A stretch of 64,000 nucleotides of DNA from Antedon mediterranea (GCF_964355755.1 NC_092676.1:1-64000); one strand, 5' to 3'. Shown: positions 27,511-39,853, counted from the stretch's first letter. Program-made: numbers and translations. Notes: generated from the letters alone by a model not told the origin.

Positions 27511-27914
27511 GAAATACTAAAATTATTTTAATAAACTAAATAAATTCTTATAATAAACATTGTTTAGTGAGCTGAATGGTATCAATATTAGTGAATAATA
27601 TTTTTGAATGCTAGACCTACGTCATTATCCTGATTATAGCTAAGCAATATTTAAAGCTTTAAATGACGTCACGGATTGGGCGATGCGTTCCGGAAGTTTG
27701 CAATTGCATTTGCTTCCCAATAGGGCCTACTATTGACTGTTAGGCCTAATAGTGAAAGCTACTATATCTACGCTTACGTTCATAGATGTTTGCAAACATG
27801 GAAGTAGTTCTTAGCTAACCGCTGTGATTTTATATTGAGGCTGCCATTGCAGTTTTGTTGAAACTATCTTGATTAACATACTGTATACGGTGTTGTGTCA
27901 TGTATTAAAAGGTT

Positions 27915-29834
27915 ATGGCAACTGCACTAATTGTGATAGCAATATGTGGCGCAGTATTTGGACCGTCTGTTGTTTTATCTCAATCAATTTTACATTTTCA
28001 AGAGGAGCCGGTGTCTACTAATGTGTACGATGGTCAAACAGTAACCCTTCGATGTGTACTTCAGAGTAGTTGGACTACTGGAGTTGTTCACTGGGTAAAA
28101 GATGAATTAACAGAGATAAGTCGTGGTTCATCTATTTTAACTCATCCATTAATAGACTATACACGGTTTTCAATAGTCGGCGATAGGTCCCAAGGTAATA
28201 ATAATTTGCAGATCAAAAACGTTAAATCAAGTGATGCTGGGTTATTTGTATGTCATTTATATGATTCACAGGGTTATCATCAAGCAGAGACGGGTTCAGC
28301 ATTATTAAAGGTTTTGCCTATTAAACCACCTTTACCTGGGTATCCACTATGCCCTATTAGTATACCTAATCCAGGAGTAGGAGATACTATCATTTTGAGA
28401 TGTTATTCAGTAGGAGAACAACCTCCTGCAATTCTTACATTTTGGCGTGGACAGCATGAAGAAATGCAGGTTGAACGGTACATAGGATCATATGGAGGTG
28501 TGTTTTTTGAACGCCAATTAAACGAAGATGATAACAATTCTACATTTACATGCATGGCCAAGGGACCTGCATTCAAACCTGAAAACCACAAGAACTGCAG
28601 TGTTATACCATTTTTTACACCAACATCAGTAAATGTAAGTCCTGCTATCGCGGAGGTACCGACTGGAATGACAGCTACTTTTCATTGCAAAACTAGAGCT
28701 ATTCCACAGGTTACTAAATATCGTTGGTGGATTTGGAACAATGGATGGGAAAAAATAATACGAACTGGAGGACGATACGCAATTGACGGTGATGGAGAAT
28801 CGATACGTATACTTGATATAAACAAATATGACAACGGTAGAAAAGTCCGATGCATTGCACGTAATTCGTTGGGTTTAAAAGGTGAAGCAGAAGGTAAACT
28901 CAGAGTATATGTAGTAAGACCCACTGCTCGCGGTCCCAACTGGTCTGGTGGACAACCTGGAAATAATGGTAATAATAGGTTATATAATTCTACCAATCCA
29001 ACAGACAGTTATAAAGATGATGACGGAATTAAAATAGGTACTGGACCAAATGTTATTCTTATTGTTGGTTGTGTAGTTGCTGGTTTTTTTGGAATAATTG
29101 TTATAGCATGTCTCGTCGTAATACTTATTCGCAAAGACTCAAGAAATAAACATCGGCTTGTACACCTTTCCACAGCATCACATCCAGATCGTATCAACAA
29201 AGAAGGTATTTCGATCAATGATACGGTAGATAAGAGTTCTAATAAACTTGTTGGGTATGCAACAATTGATTCTGCAACTACAAATGTACCTAAAACTTCT
29301 CAACATTGTAGATTTACAAAACCAGGACACAACACTTTATATGCAAAACCTGTTTTACGAACAGAATCTAATACGCATGATTTACCGTCAAATATAATAA
29401 CTACAATCGAGAAAAACAATGTAACTACTAAAAGACACATAGTTGATCCAGAAGCAATTCTAGTCATGTACGCAAAACCCATAAAGGGGAAGGATGATAA
29501 AACAAATACTTTAGGTGATCGACCTGTGCCCTCCCCAAGAAAAAATTCTATAAAATCAAGTACTTTTCCAAAGAAGCAACCCTTAGTTAACAGGCCAAAC
29601 ATCGATACATTGCATTGTAAACCAACCAACAATAAGATTTATGAAAATGATTTGCTTAAACAAGAAAGAGATGAGACTTCAATTATTGAAGAAGCACGTT
29701 CGGAACAAACTACAAATAATGTGGAAGGATTAGTGTATGCGGAATTGAATTTACAAGAAGCACCTGTTCATTTTGTTAGAATAATGAGGTCTACAGAATA
29801 CGCAAAAATAAAAAGCAATAATCACAATTTTTAA
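27915..29834 (+). CDS. Single-exon type I membrane Ig-superfamily receptor 2 (V-C2-Ig, TM, ITIM+ITSM), 639 aa
   Basis: Signal peptide; VTLRC..VHW..NNLQIKNVKSSDAGLFVC; C2 domain LRCYSVGEQPPAILTFW..DNNSTFTC; third Ig domain; TM VILIVGCVVAGFFGIIVIACLVVILI; tail LVYAEL...TEYAKI. Confidence 0.93.
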   Translation: MATALIVIAICGAVFGPSVVLSQSILHFQEEPVSTNVYDGQTVTLRCVLQSSWTTGVVHWVKDELTEISRGSSILTHPLIDYTRFSIVGDRSQGNNNLQIKNVKSSDAGLFVCHLYDSQGYHQAETGSALLKVLPIKPPLPGYPLCPISIPNPGVGDTIILRCYSVGEQPPAILTFWRGQHEEMQVERYIGSYGGVFFERQLNEDDNNSTFTCMAKGPAFKPENHKNCSVIPFFTPTSVNVSPAIAEVPTGMTATFHCKTRAIPQVTKYRWWIWNNGWEKIIRTGGRYAIDGDGESIRILDINKYDNGRKVRCIARNSLGLKGEAEGKLRVYVVRPTARGPNWSGGQPGNNGNNRLYNSTNPTDSYKDDDGIKIGTGPNVILIVGCVVAGFFGIIVIACLVVILIRKDSRNKHRLVHLSTASHPDRINKEGISINDTVDKSSNKLVGYATIDSATTNVPKTSQHCRFTKPGHNTLYAKPVLRTESNTHDLPSNIITTIEKNNVTTKRHIVDPEAILVMYAKPIKGKDDKTNTLGDRPVPSPRKNSIKSSTFPKKQPLVNRPNIDTLHCKPTNNKIYENDLLKQERDETSIIEEARSEQTTNNVEGLVYAELNLQEAPVHFVRIMRSTEYAKIKSNNHNF

Positions 29835-31296
29835 ATATTACCTAAGATATCATCAGACATAAAAGATACATCAATATAGAGAAAAGTCAAAACACCATTA
29901 TCATCAGACATAAAAGATACATCAATATAGAGACAAGTCAAAACACCATTAATTTTCATCTTTACTTACTAATTGCTACGGAAAATTTTTCTTGGATATG
30001 TGTACACTTAAAAAATCTTAGTAAAGTTAATTTTGGTATATAGGTAACTATCATTAAGTTTTTAAATTACAAACACGATGAAGCAAAACTATGTATGTAT
30101 ACAAAAAAATTCAACATAATAGTATTGAATAGGTACGAATAGTTCACACAGTGTGTCAAAAGGAAATGTGCATGGTCTACAGTCATTTGTAGTAATTTGA
30201 AGTAAGGAAATTATGCTACTTAACCCTAACCTTTAATTTATTTTATTTCCACAAACCCGTAAACAAAACCAATTGTGGTAACAATACATAAAATGGTTCT
30301 CGGTAATGCTACTACAAAAATATTAATTTGTTTTGAAATTATACTATATCATAAGTACAATTATTTAACAGGTTTTACTTGGATAACACAGCATCGTACC
30401 ACTTTTAATTCAACAAGATATCAACATATCACACTCAACAAATTACATATGTACCCATGTGTATTATTTTATATTTTACAAACAACTTTGCTGTTTTACT
30501 AATTGGTTCACAAAATCTAGGTCTATTTGTTAATCATTTTAGGTGTTATTAATTTTTTGTTTTTTTCAATAGATTGATTTGATTTTTTTGAAAATATCAT
30601 ACGAATGGATTATACCATGTGTAGATGCATCTACATTTATATCTTTATGATAACGAGTAAGTGAGGGAACTCATGCTTTAGGGTTAGGGTTAGATTGATT
30701 GATAATCGAATGGATTATACCATGTGTAGATGCATCTACATTTATATCTTTATGATAACGAGTAAGTGAGGGAACTCATGCTTTAGTTTTATTTGTGATG
30801 ATTGCGAGTTTAGAATTTGTTCTTTTAATTTATATAAAGTATCTCTTTGAAGATCCATTTATCTGGAATTTATTTCGAGTAAACTGTGACTAAATATATT
30901 GTTATATATAAAGATATGGTTAAGACCGGAAGAACTGTAAATAAACTAACGTGAGAACCATTAAAAAACACTCGGCTTCTCTGCGCCCCTCTCATGGCCT
31001 TTTATTTTGTGTTAGTTCAAATACGATGACCAGCTTGTGTTACTGATGTATACATTTTGGCTAGAGGGCGAACTCCAATGTTAGCACACAGAGCCATAAT
31101 AAAAAGTTACGAAATTCCGTTCACTGATTTTAGGAAGTCACATGGTACAACACCGACCATCTTTGTGTCCAACTATTCCTGTGTAGCGCATGAAGTTAAA
31201 TTCTAATTTATCAAAACAACTCTATTTGTTTAAATAAAAGGTCAATTTTTTTAAATTATTAAATTATTAAGTTACTGAACACACTTTTACTCGACA

Positions 31297-31635
31297 ATTT
31301 AATTTTACTTAACAATTAGTCGATTGAACTGGTTTACAATTTAGGTTACTCCTTTTCTATCTTAATTTAATTTTACTTAACAATAGTCGATTGAACTGGT
31401 TTACAATTTAGGTTACTCCTTTTCTATCTTAATTTAATTTTACTTAACAATTAGTCGATTGAACTGGTTTACAATTTATGTTACTCCTTTTCTATCTTAA
31501 TTTAATTTTAATTAACAATTAGTCGATTGAACTGGTTTACAATTTAGGTTATTCCTTTTCTATCTTAATTTAATTTTACTTAACAATTAGTCGATTGGAC
31601 TGGTTTACAATTTATGTTACTCGTTTTTTATCTTC
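31297..31635. repeat. ~69-bp tandem repeat, about 5 copies
   Basis: Repeated aatttaattttacttaacaattagtcgattgaactggtttacaatttaggttactccttttctatctt. Confidence 0.9.
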
Positions 31636-32596
31636 TGTTTAAATTTCCTTCAAATATGTTTCAATATTGAGGGTTAATACAATTTCCGATGGCGTAGTTT
31701 TAATTAAATGAATGATAACTGTTTGACAAAGGAAGCTTATTAGACTAATAACCTTCTAGAATGCAGGGATGTCACCAACCAACCAAAATCATCTTGTCTT
31801 CCTACAATGTTACAGATTCTCGACGTCAGGACACAAGTTGATAAGAAAATACGGAAAAGGTCGAAGGACAAGAATTCATACACAAACACGATTTATGTAT
31901 TGAACACATAATGTCTCTTTGGCTTGATTTGTAATGTACATATTTGGAGCTAAATAAAATTTAAAAAACAACTTATTGGTATAATGATGGATAAATTACT
32001 TCTTGATAAAACATAATCTATATAAAGCAAGTGTGTAGCATAAACAAATATTGTATAAAAACAAACATCGTGGTTAGAAGAAACCAGATTACATTCATGT
32101 AATCAAATAAACTCTTCAATCTAATAGGGCCTTACCACTTCAACATAACACAATTTTGGAAAAAAGTTAATGTACTCTAGTTTGGTATCCCTGATTGTGG
32201 TGGAAAGGGGAGACATGCCAACCAAGACTTTTTCATTATAGCCCACTGAATTTAGATTCTTTGTGTATCATATATCGTAATACATTAATTTGAATATATC
32301 CGCCTGATTGGTAGTGGTACTAAATTTAAGGTTGAATTATGTGTTATTGTGAGTCATTTGGAGTAAATCTGTTTCATTGGTTGATTTTTAGCATTATAAT
32401 TAGCAGGAAATGACAAAAAAGCACAGTATAAAATATAGTACAGTTTAGAATATTGCTTTAACGATATGCTGTGTCAGTTTTTGTTGTACCAAAGATATCT
32501 TTAACATGCTAGGGACCTATAGATAATATAGTTTATTCCTGTTGCCAAGTTGCAAATAAGGTACTTATTCACCATAGAAGGAAGTAAAGTACTAAA

Positions 32597-34480
32597 ATGA
32601 AAGTCGTTGCTCTTGAAATTTTACTTATATATATAGTTTATATATGTGTTTCTACTAGAGGACAGACGGCTACTCTACAAACATCTTCCAACTCTGAAGA
32701 AACATTTTCTGGTCAACAAGTGACGTTAACCTGTGACGTAGAGAATGGCTTTGATACTAGCCGTCATCACATTTATTGGTCAAAAATGGATGGATCAAAA
32801 GAAACGTATCTTAGTAAAGATAGAAAAGTATACAATTCAGTCGAAGTAAATCTACGACGCCGGTTGTCTATCACTGGAGATATTACACAAGGTTTTTTTA
32901 ATCTTCATATTCAAGAAACAAAAAAGAAGGATGCGGGTATTTATATTTGTGTTTTATATGATAAGAGAGGGATAGACAAAGCTTCTATACGATTAGACTT
33001 GACTATAATACAAGTAAGAACACCAGATACGGGTTATCCTAAATGTGAGATGTCACCAAAACAACCAAGACTAAATGACAAAGTAACATTTACTTGTCTA
33101 TCAAAAGGAAGCATTCCAAAGGTTTCGCTAAACTGGATGAGAGCTGATGATACTGTATCTCAACATGATGTTGCGGATTCTACAAGAAATGCTGTTTTTA
33201 CACAACACATAATATTAGAAACTGACAACATGGTTCCTTTTACATGTACTGCACATGGAACCTCATTACACCGTCCCATAAATTGTTCTGTTGTTCCTTT
33301 TTCGTTTCCTACCATGGTGAACATCTCTCCTTTTTTTAAAAAGCTAACAATTGGCCAGAATATTACATTAAAATGTACAGCTGTAGCCATTCCTAGTCCT
33401 GATAGATTCAAGTGGACATATGGTAAAGGAAATAAGTTAATTAGAATTTCAAAAAGTTTAGGCCGTTTCGAACTTTTAAACAACGGAAGAACATTAAGAA
33501 TTCAAAATATATCGATTAATGATAATAATATACCAGTGAAGTGCACCGTTAGGAACTCAATGAATATTAAAGGGTCAAAGGAAACTACGTTAAAAGTAAT
33601 ATCCAAATCTTCAGGATCGAATGCCGATAATAATCCAGAAACAAGTCCTCGGATACCAAAGCCAACAGCTACAAATGAGATAATTACAAGAAGAAAACCT
33701 AATAGACCACATCTAATTTCTCCTGGTATCCTCATGGATGAGAAGATACATGAAACAGTAGATTTAAATACACAAGATAAAGCACCTACGGGCAATACAC
33801 CTCTATTTGACAAACATCAACCTAACAATAATGGCAGGGCAGGACTTTTAACAGGTGGTCTAATTGGTATAGCTTGTCTTCTTGGGGCAATATTTTTAGT
33901 TGCTTTGATGCTCATCAAGTTAAAAAGAGATGAAAATAGTGGAAATCTTGTTATGACTAGAAAATTAGAGCATACTGTTACATATACACCGGAACGATAT
34001 TTATGTTCAGAAAATGGCAACAACAAAATGACTAACGAAGATTCTGATCTTTCACAAGCAGTCAAAGATCGCGTTCAAGCTGAACAACTTTTAAGAAATT
34101 CTATTATTGCATCACAGGCAATAGACAACACTATAGATTCGAAAAATAATCAGAAAAAGTTAAAGAATGATTTATCGAAAACAAAATTCACTGAAACAAC
34201 GCGTCGCCGACCCAATTTAGTATTTAAGCGTTTCGCTCGTCCTCTAACAGCCGACTCTTCTCCTAGAAGTATGCAGTTAAAAACAAATTCACTTCCGTCG
34301 AATTGCAATCTACAAACTGATTCTAGCACAATTCAAAGAAAAGAAAAAAGAACAACAAACAATGTTGAGGGGCTTTTATATGCGGATTTAGACTTTACGA
34401 ATGTTAAAACTAGTCAGAACATTATTCCAAATAGTTGTGAAACCACGTATGCTCACATAGCGAGTTTTCTTAAAAAGTAG
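32597..34480 (+). CDS. Single-exon type I membrane Ig-superfamily receptor 3 (V-C2-Ig, stalk, TM, ITIM+ITSM), 627 aa
   Basis: Signal peptide; VTLTC..IYW..FNLHIQETKKKDAGIYIC; FTCLSKGSIPKVSLNW..DNMVPFTC; third Ig domain; TM LLTGGLIGIACLLGAIFLVALMLI; tail LLYADL...TTYAHI. A TATAAAA lies about 170 bp upstream. Confidence 0.93.
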   Translation: MKVVALEILLIYIVYICVSTRGQTATLQTSSNSEETFSGQQVTLTCDVENGFDTSRHHIYWSKMDGSKETYLSKDRKVYNSVEVNLRRRLSITGDITQGFFNLHIQETKKKDAGIYICVLYDKRGIDKASIRLDLTIIQVRTPDTGYPKCEMSPKQPRLNDKVTFTCLSKGSIPKVSLNWMRADDTVSQHDVADSTRNAVFTQHIILETDNMVPFTCTAHGTSLHRPINCSVVPFSFPTMVNISPFFKKLTIGQNITLKCTAVAIPSPDRFKWTYGKGNKLIRISKSLGRFELLNNGRTLRIQNISINDNNIPVKCTVRNSMNIKGSKETTLKVISKSSGSNADNNPETSPRIPKPTATNEIITRRKPNRPHLISPGILMDEKIHETVDLNTQDKAPTGNTPLFDKHQPNNNGRAGLLTGGLIGIACLLGAIFLVALMLIKLKRDENSGNLVMTRKLEHTVTYTPERYLCSENGNNKMTNEDSDLSQAVKDRVQAEQLLRNSIIASQAIDNTIDSKNNQKKLKNDLSKTKFTETTRRRPNLVFKRFARPLTADSSPRSMQLKTNSLPSNCNLQTDSSTIQRKEKRTTNNVEGLLYADLDFTNVKTSQNIIPNSCETTYAHIASFLKK

Positions 34481-35280
34481 ATAGAAAGATTAATTGTTTA
34501 ACTACCGGTATACAATAAGTGTTAATATAATTGCTGGATTTATTTTTGATAATAGTAATAACTAAACTAATGGCTGAAAATTCTTACAAACCCTTTTTTG
34601 AACGAACATTTATGTAAGATCTTAAACAAATTAAAGTCGAAATTGTTGTAAAGTTAACTTATAAGGAATATTTGTGTTAGCAATGCTATTCATTTCTGTT
34701 TATTATTTATTTTCATATTCCGAATCTAGGCATGTAAATAGTATGAGAAAAAGTAATTATACAATAAAAGTGAATTGAAATTGAATTGAATATAACTTCG
34801 TGAAATGCAAAACAGTTATGTAAGCTATCTACCAGTATGTATGTTTGTATTTCATTGTCTGAATCAGAATGATTTAATACATAAATATATGCTAAATCGT
34901 AAAACACTAAATAAACAAAAAAATACTATGTTATTACATGCAAATTCAATTCAATTTGGTGGTAATTTCTAAGTAGGATAATTGTTCCTCATATAGCAAA
35001 AAAAAGATATCGCAGGTGGACTTTGAGGTAGGCCTACACCAGATTTTGAAAATATGAACCGTTTTGAATACGAACGTACGTGTAGGCCTACTTCTCCAGG
35101 AAACGACAATACATACATACGTACCTACATCTAGACCTAATGTAAGTAATGACTGACGTCTAACATTCATCTAAATGATGTAACTAAGCCAAGACTATAA
35201 ATATATAGGAAAGGTATGAGCCAATACAGATGCAGGGGCTGCTATAAGAGTCTATAACCGTGCTAATTTAAATAATACAG

Positions 35281-35381
35281 ATATTCAGATGGTCTCCCAT
35301 CCAAGCTCTAACCTGGCCCAAAGTTGCTTAACTTTTGTGATGTGGCGAGAACCGGCGTATCAACATGGATAAGACCGTATA
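35281..35381 (-). pseudogene. Degenerate 5S rRNA pseudogene or 5S-derived SINE head
   Basis: The minus strand reads tacggtcttatccatgttgatacgccggttctcgccacatcacaaaagttaagcaactttgggccaggttagagcttggatgggagacc. This is colinear with animal 5S rRNA, including the box A and box C regions, but it is diverged and lacks the 3' end. Confidence 0.75.
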
Positions 35382-36824
35382 ACACATCAAGAATCGTTTT
35401 ACCACTATGTGCAGAAGGTTGAAAATAGTGCTAAAATCTACTTGCCAATGTTAGTTTAAAACTTTTAAAAGGTAAAATCGGCAAGCTGATTATTCATCCA
35501 TTTTACGATATTTGATATTATATTTTATTAGTTGTTGATCATTTGATGTTATGACGTCACATGCAGTATAAGATTAGTAGGCCTACCCATCTTTTGCATT
35601 ATCATAATATCATCATTATAATTTACACCAAAAGAAAGAAGCAGTCTCATTCATAGTTACATATACATTTTTAAGTTATCACCACATGTTATGGCATTAA
35701 CCGCTCGGCCACTAACTCACTTAATTAACTTTACTAATTAACTCACTTAATTAATTGATCATTACACTTCATCGCAGCTTTATGCAGATTACATGAATAC
35801 TCATTGTCAATAAGATTTTTAATTTTGAAACAAAAATATAATCCAAATATATTTTGAATTGTGACGTACCTTTCTTGATGTATAATCGAGATTTATAGAT
35901 ACAAAATACAAAAATGGAGGTTAACAATTGTTCTTTTGTAACTGCAATACACCATTGGAATTTGTTTGCTTCTTTGTTAGGAAAACATTCCACTGTAATT
36001 ACGTTGTTAAATGTACATCAAACTGTGTTTTTTTAAATACACATGTTCTAAATTTTCAATTTAATGTTGACAATTATGACATTTATCAGTTATAGGCAAT
36101 GTCAAAATGTTAAATCTTTTATTTCATTTTGCAAGGACAAATGCACCACACCTGTAGTAGTAGGCCTATTGTAGTACAGTATATACTGTAATTTAAATAG
36201 ATTGTATGTAGTTACTGGTACATAAACCTTGTGTCGGTAATTTGTCAAGGGAATAAGTATTTCCTTTAACAATGATTCATATTCCTGTTTTAACTCATGT
36301 GTCGTGATGTGATGGTTCCTGTAACACTGTTAATACACTAAGCCGCATACGGACAATGAGGCTTGAAATCAAAATCTTCGTTGTACTATCATACACGAAA
36401 AAAGTGCCATGGTCTGAGGTTTCAATCTGAAAGCGGGTTTTGACATTTTTAACATAACTAGAGGGTGAACGCGCTTTGCTCGCTCTAGTAATTAGTGTGG
36501 AAAAACGTTTTTGCATTATGTTTACCTATTTCAGAATTATATATATCCCCTTATTTCACAACGAGGTAGTCCTATCATAACTGATAAAAAAAATCGTTTT
36601 AAAAGTTTTAGTTTTGTGAAAAGAAATGAGATCGATATCTAGCTTTAAAGGAAATGATTGTTATACAAATACTATATATAAGGAATGTTTTTGGAGTTGG
36701 ATGGTGAGAATGTTTTATGAGTTGGAAAATTGACTGCTATATTTTAACGAGGCGGAGCCGAGTTGAAAATATAATTTGTTGGTATTACTAAAGAACGATG
36801 GTTACACACAATATTTCTCAATTG

Positions 36825-37143
36825 GCGTACGCGCAACAAAGATCAAATTAAGACCCTTCATATTTTAGTATTATTTATACACGAATCGGGATATATAAAC
36901 ATTGCGTACGAGAGCAACAAAGATCAAATTAAGACCCTTCATATTTTAGTATTATTTATACATGAATCGGGATATATAAACATTGCGTACGCGCAACAAA
37001 GATCAAATTAAGACCCTTCATATTTTAGTATTATTTATACACGAATCGGGATATATAAACATTGCGTACGCGCAACAAAGATCAAATTAAGACCCTTCAT
37101 ATTTTAGTATTATTTATACACGAATCGGGATATATAAACATTA
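36825..37143. repeat. ~80-bp tandem repeat, 4 copies
   Basis: Repeated gcgtacgcgcaacaaagatcaaattaagacccttc...tataaacatt. Confidence 0.9.
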
Positions 37144-37463
37144 GACATTAGAAGAAATTCTAAACCACCTCAGAGTAATATACTGAAAATTGTTTTCAAA
37201 ACCATAAACTTAAGGAAATCTCTGACTATATTTGAACTTGGATCCTAGCTTTATTATTTGTCCGAGTTAAAACAGAAATCATGAATAGTTCAATGTATCC
37301 AAGACTGGGATAATTATTATGAATGTCAAAAAACAAATGCATTAAATAAATAATACAAATAATAATACAAATAATACAAATAATGTATCCAAGACTGGGA
37401 TAATTATTATGAATGTCAGAAAACAAATGTAGCACACACCAGGTGGGGAATTTTAACAATTAT

Positions 37464-37855
37464 ATTGATCATACATGCTCCTATATATCATACATCCATA
37501 CATACATTGATCATACATGCTTCTATATATCATCCATACATACATTGATCATACATGCTTCTATATATCATCCATACATACATTGATCATACATGCTTCT
37601 ATATATCATACATACATACATTGATCATACATGCTTCTATATATCATACATACATACATTGATCATACATGCTTCTATATATCATACATACATACATTGA
37701 TCATACATTCTCATATATATCATCCATACATACATTGATCATACATGCTTCTATATATCATACATACATACATTGATCATACATGCTTCTATATATCATA
37801 CATACATACATTGATCATACATGCTTCTATATATCATACATGCTCCTATATATCA
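37464..37855. repeat. ~34-38-bp minisatellite, about 10 copies
   Basis: Repeated attgatcatacatgcttctatatatcatacatacatac. Confidence 0.9.
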
Positions 37856-38565
37856 TCATTTTTAGGATTTTTATTATGCTAAACGATTTTGTTGAAAATA
37901 AGTATAGTTTATTTCAATCAACTCTATTTTCAATGACGGATAGACGGACGGACGGACGGACATATAGATTAACGGGTTTAAATTATAAATCAAAATAGGA
38001 AATTGCCATTAAACAAAACAGTAGGTCTATATATAATGTGTTGGTGTGCTGACGTTATCAAAATCAAACAGGAAGATGAAAATTTCGGAAGATAGTGATT
38101 TTTTTTACCCTTTTCAGCACTTTTGTGTAATTAATGTGCGCATTTTTAACCTGCTCGTATAGCGTTATTTAAAGTCGGAATGGACTCGGTGAATGTACTA
38201 AGGATGGTGAGTAGAATGCGATTTATACCAAAAATTGTATTTTTTACGCTTTCTAGATATCGCGCGTGCAAAAACGTGTTTTTGCGCAGTAATTTCTTGA
38301 AATACGCAAATGGCCTAACATGCTCTAAATTTATTAAATTTACGTTAAACTTTTAACGCGCGATTTCACGCGATTTGAAATGGCATGTAAATGACGTCAC
38401 GGTTGAGAGATCACGCTGAAAACCTTACTAGGATTGAATTTAATTATTCCAAAGATATTGTCAGATTTTGGTGATCATTGAAATGTTTTTGATTACACAT
38501 AGTAGTGCACAGAAAGACGAATTAATAATAACGATTTCAAACAATATATGATCATTTTTTCTAAA

Positions 38566-39853
38566 TGATCACCTAATAAGAACGCAGTAAACTTACATAC
38601 TGTCCTTATTCAAACAATGTATGATCACCTAATAAGAACGCAGTAAACTTACATACTGTCCTTATTCAAACAATTCATGATCACCTAATAAGAACGCAGT
38701 AAACTTACATACTGTCCTTATTCAAACAATTCATGATCACCTAATAAGAACGCAGTAAACTTACATACTGTCCTTATTCAAACAATTCATGATCACCTAA
38801 TAAGAACGCAGTAAACTTACATACTGTCCTTATTCAAACAATTCATGATCACCTAATAAGAACGCAGTAAACTTACATACTGTCCTTATTCAAACAATTC
38901 ATGATCACCTAATAAGAACGCAGTAAACTTACATACTGTCCTTATTCAAACAATTCATGATCACCTAATAAGAACGCAGTAAACTTACATACTGTCCTTA
39001 TTCAAACAATTCATGATCACCTAATAAGAACGCAGTAAACTTACATACTGTCCTTATTCAAACAATTCATGATCATCTAATAAGAACGCAGTAAACTTAC
39101 ATACTGTTCTTATTCAAACAATTCATGATCACCTAATAAGAACGCAGTAAACTTACATACTGTCCTTATTCAAACAATTCATGATCACCTAATAAGAACG
39201 CAGTAAACTTACATACTGTCCTTATTCAAACAATTCATGATCACCTAATAAGAACGCAGTAAACTTACATACTGTCCTTATTCAAACAATTCATGATCAC
39301 CTAATAAGAACGCAGTAAACTTACATACTGTCCTTATTCAAACAATTCATGATCATCTAATAAGAACGCAGTAAACTTACATACTGTCCTTATTCAAACA
39401 ATTCATGATCACCTAATAAGAACGCAGTAAACTTACATACTGTCCTTATTCAAACAATTCATGATCATCTAATAAGAACGCAGTAAACTTACATACTGTC
39501 CTTATTCAAACAATTCATGATCACCTAATAAGAACGCAGTAAACTTACATACTGTCCTTATTCAAACAATTCATGATCACCTAATAAGAACGCAGTAAAC
39601 TTACATACTGTCCTTATTCAAACAATTCATGATCACCTAATAAGAACGCAGTAAACTTACATACTGTCCTTATTCAAACAATTCATGATCACCTAATAAG
39701 AACGCAGTAAACTTACATACTGTCCTTATTCAAACAATTCATGATCACCTAATAAGAACGCAGTAAACTTACATACTGTCCTTATTCAAACAATTCATGA
39801 TCACCTAATAAGAACGCAGTAAACTTACATACTGTCCTTATTCAAACAATTCA
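38566..39853. repeat. Near-perfect 56-bp minisatellite, about 23 copies
   Basis: Unit atgatcacctaataagaacgcagtaaacttacatactgtccttattcaaacaattc. Confidence 0.97.

Noticed and set aside
32541-32557. Possible RFX X-box upstream of receptor 3 (gttgccaagttgcaa), and near 51767
   Set aside because: These are only half-site matches, expected by chance.
38566-39853. CRISPR-like regular repeat with hairpin
   Set aside because: There are no unique spacers and no cas genes, and the context is eukaryotic. It is a plain tandem repeat.
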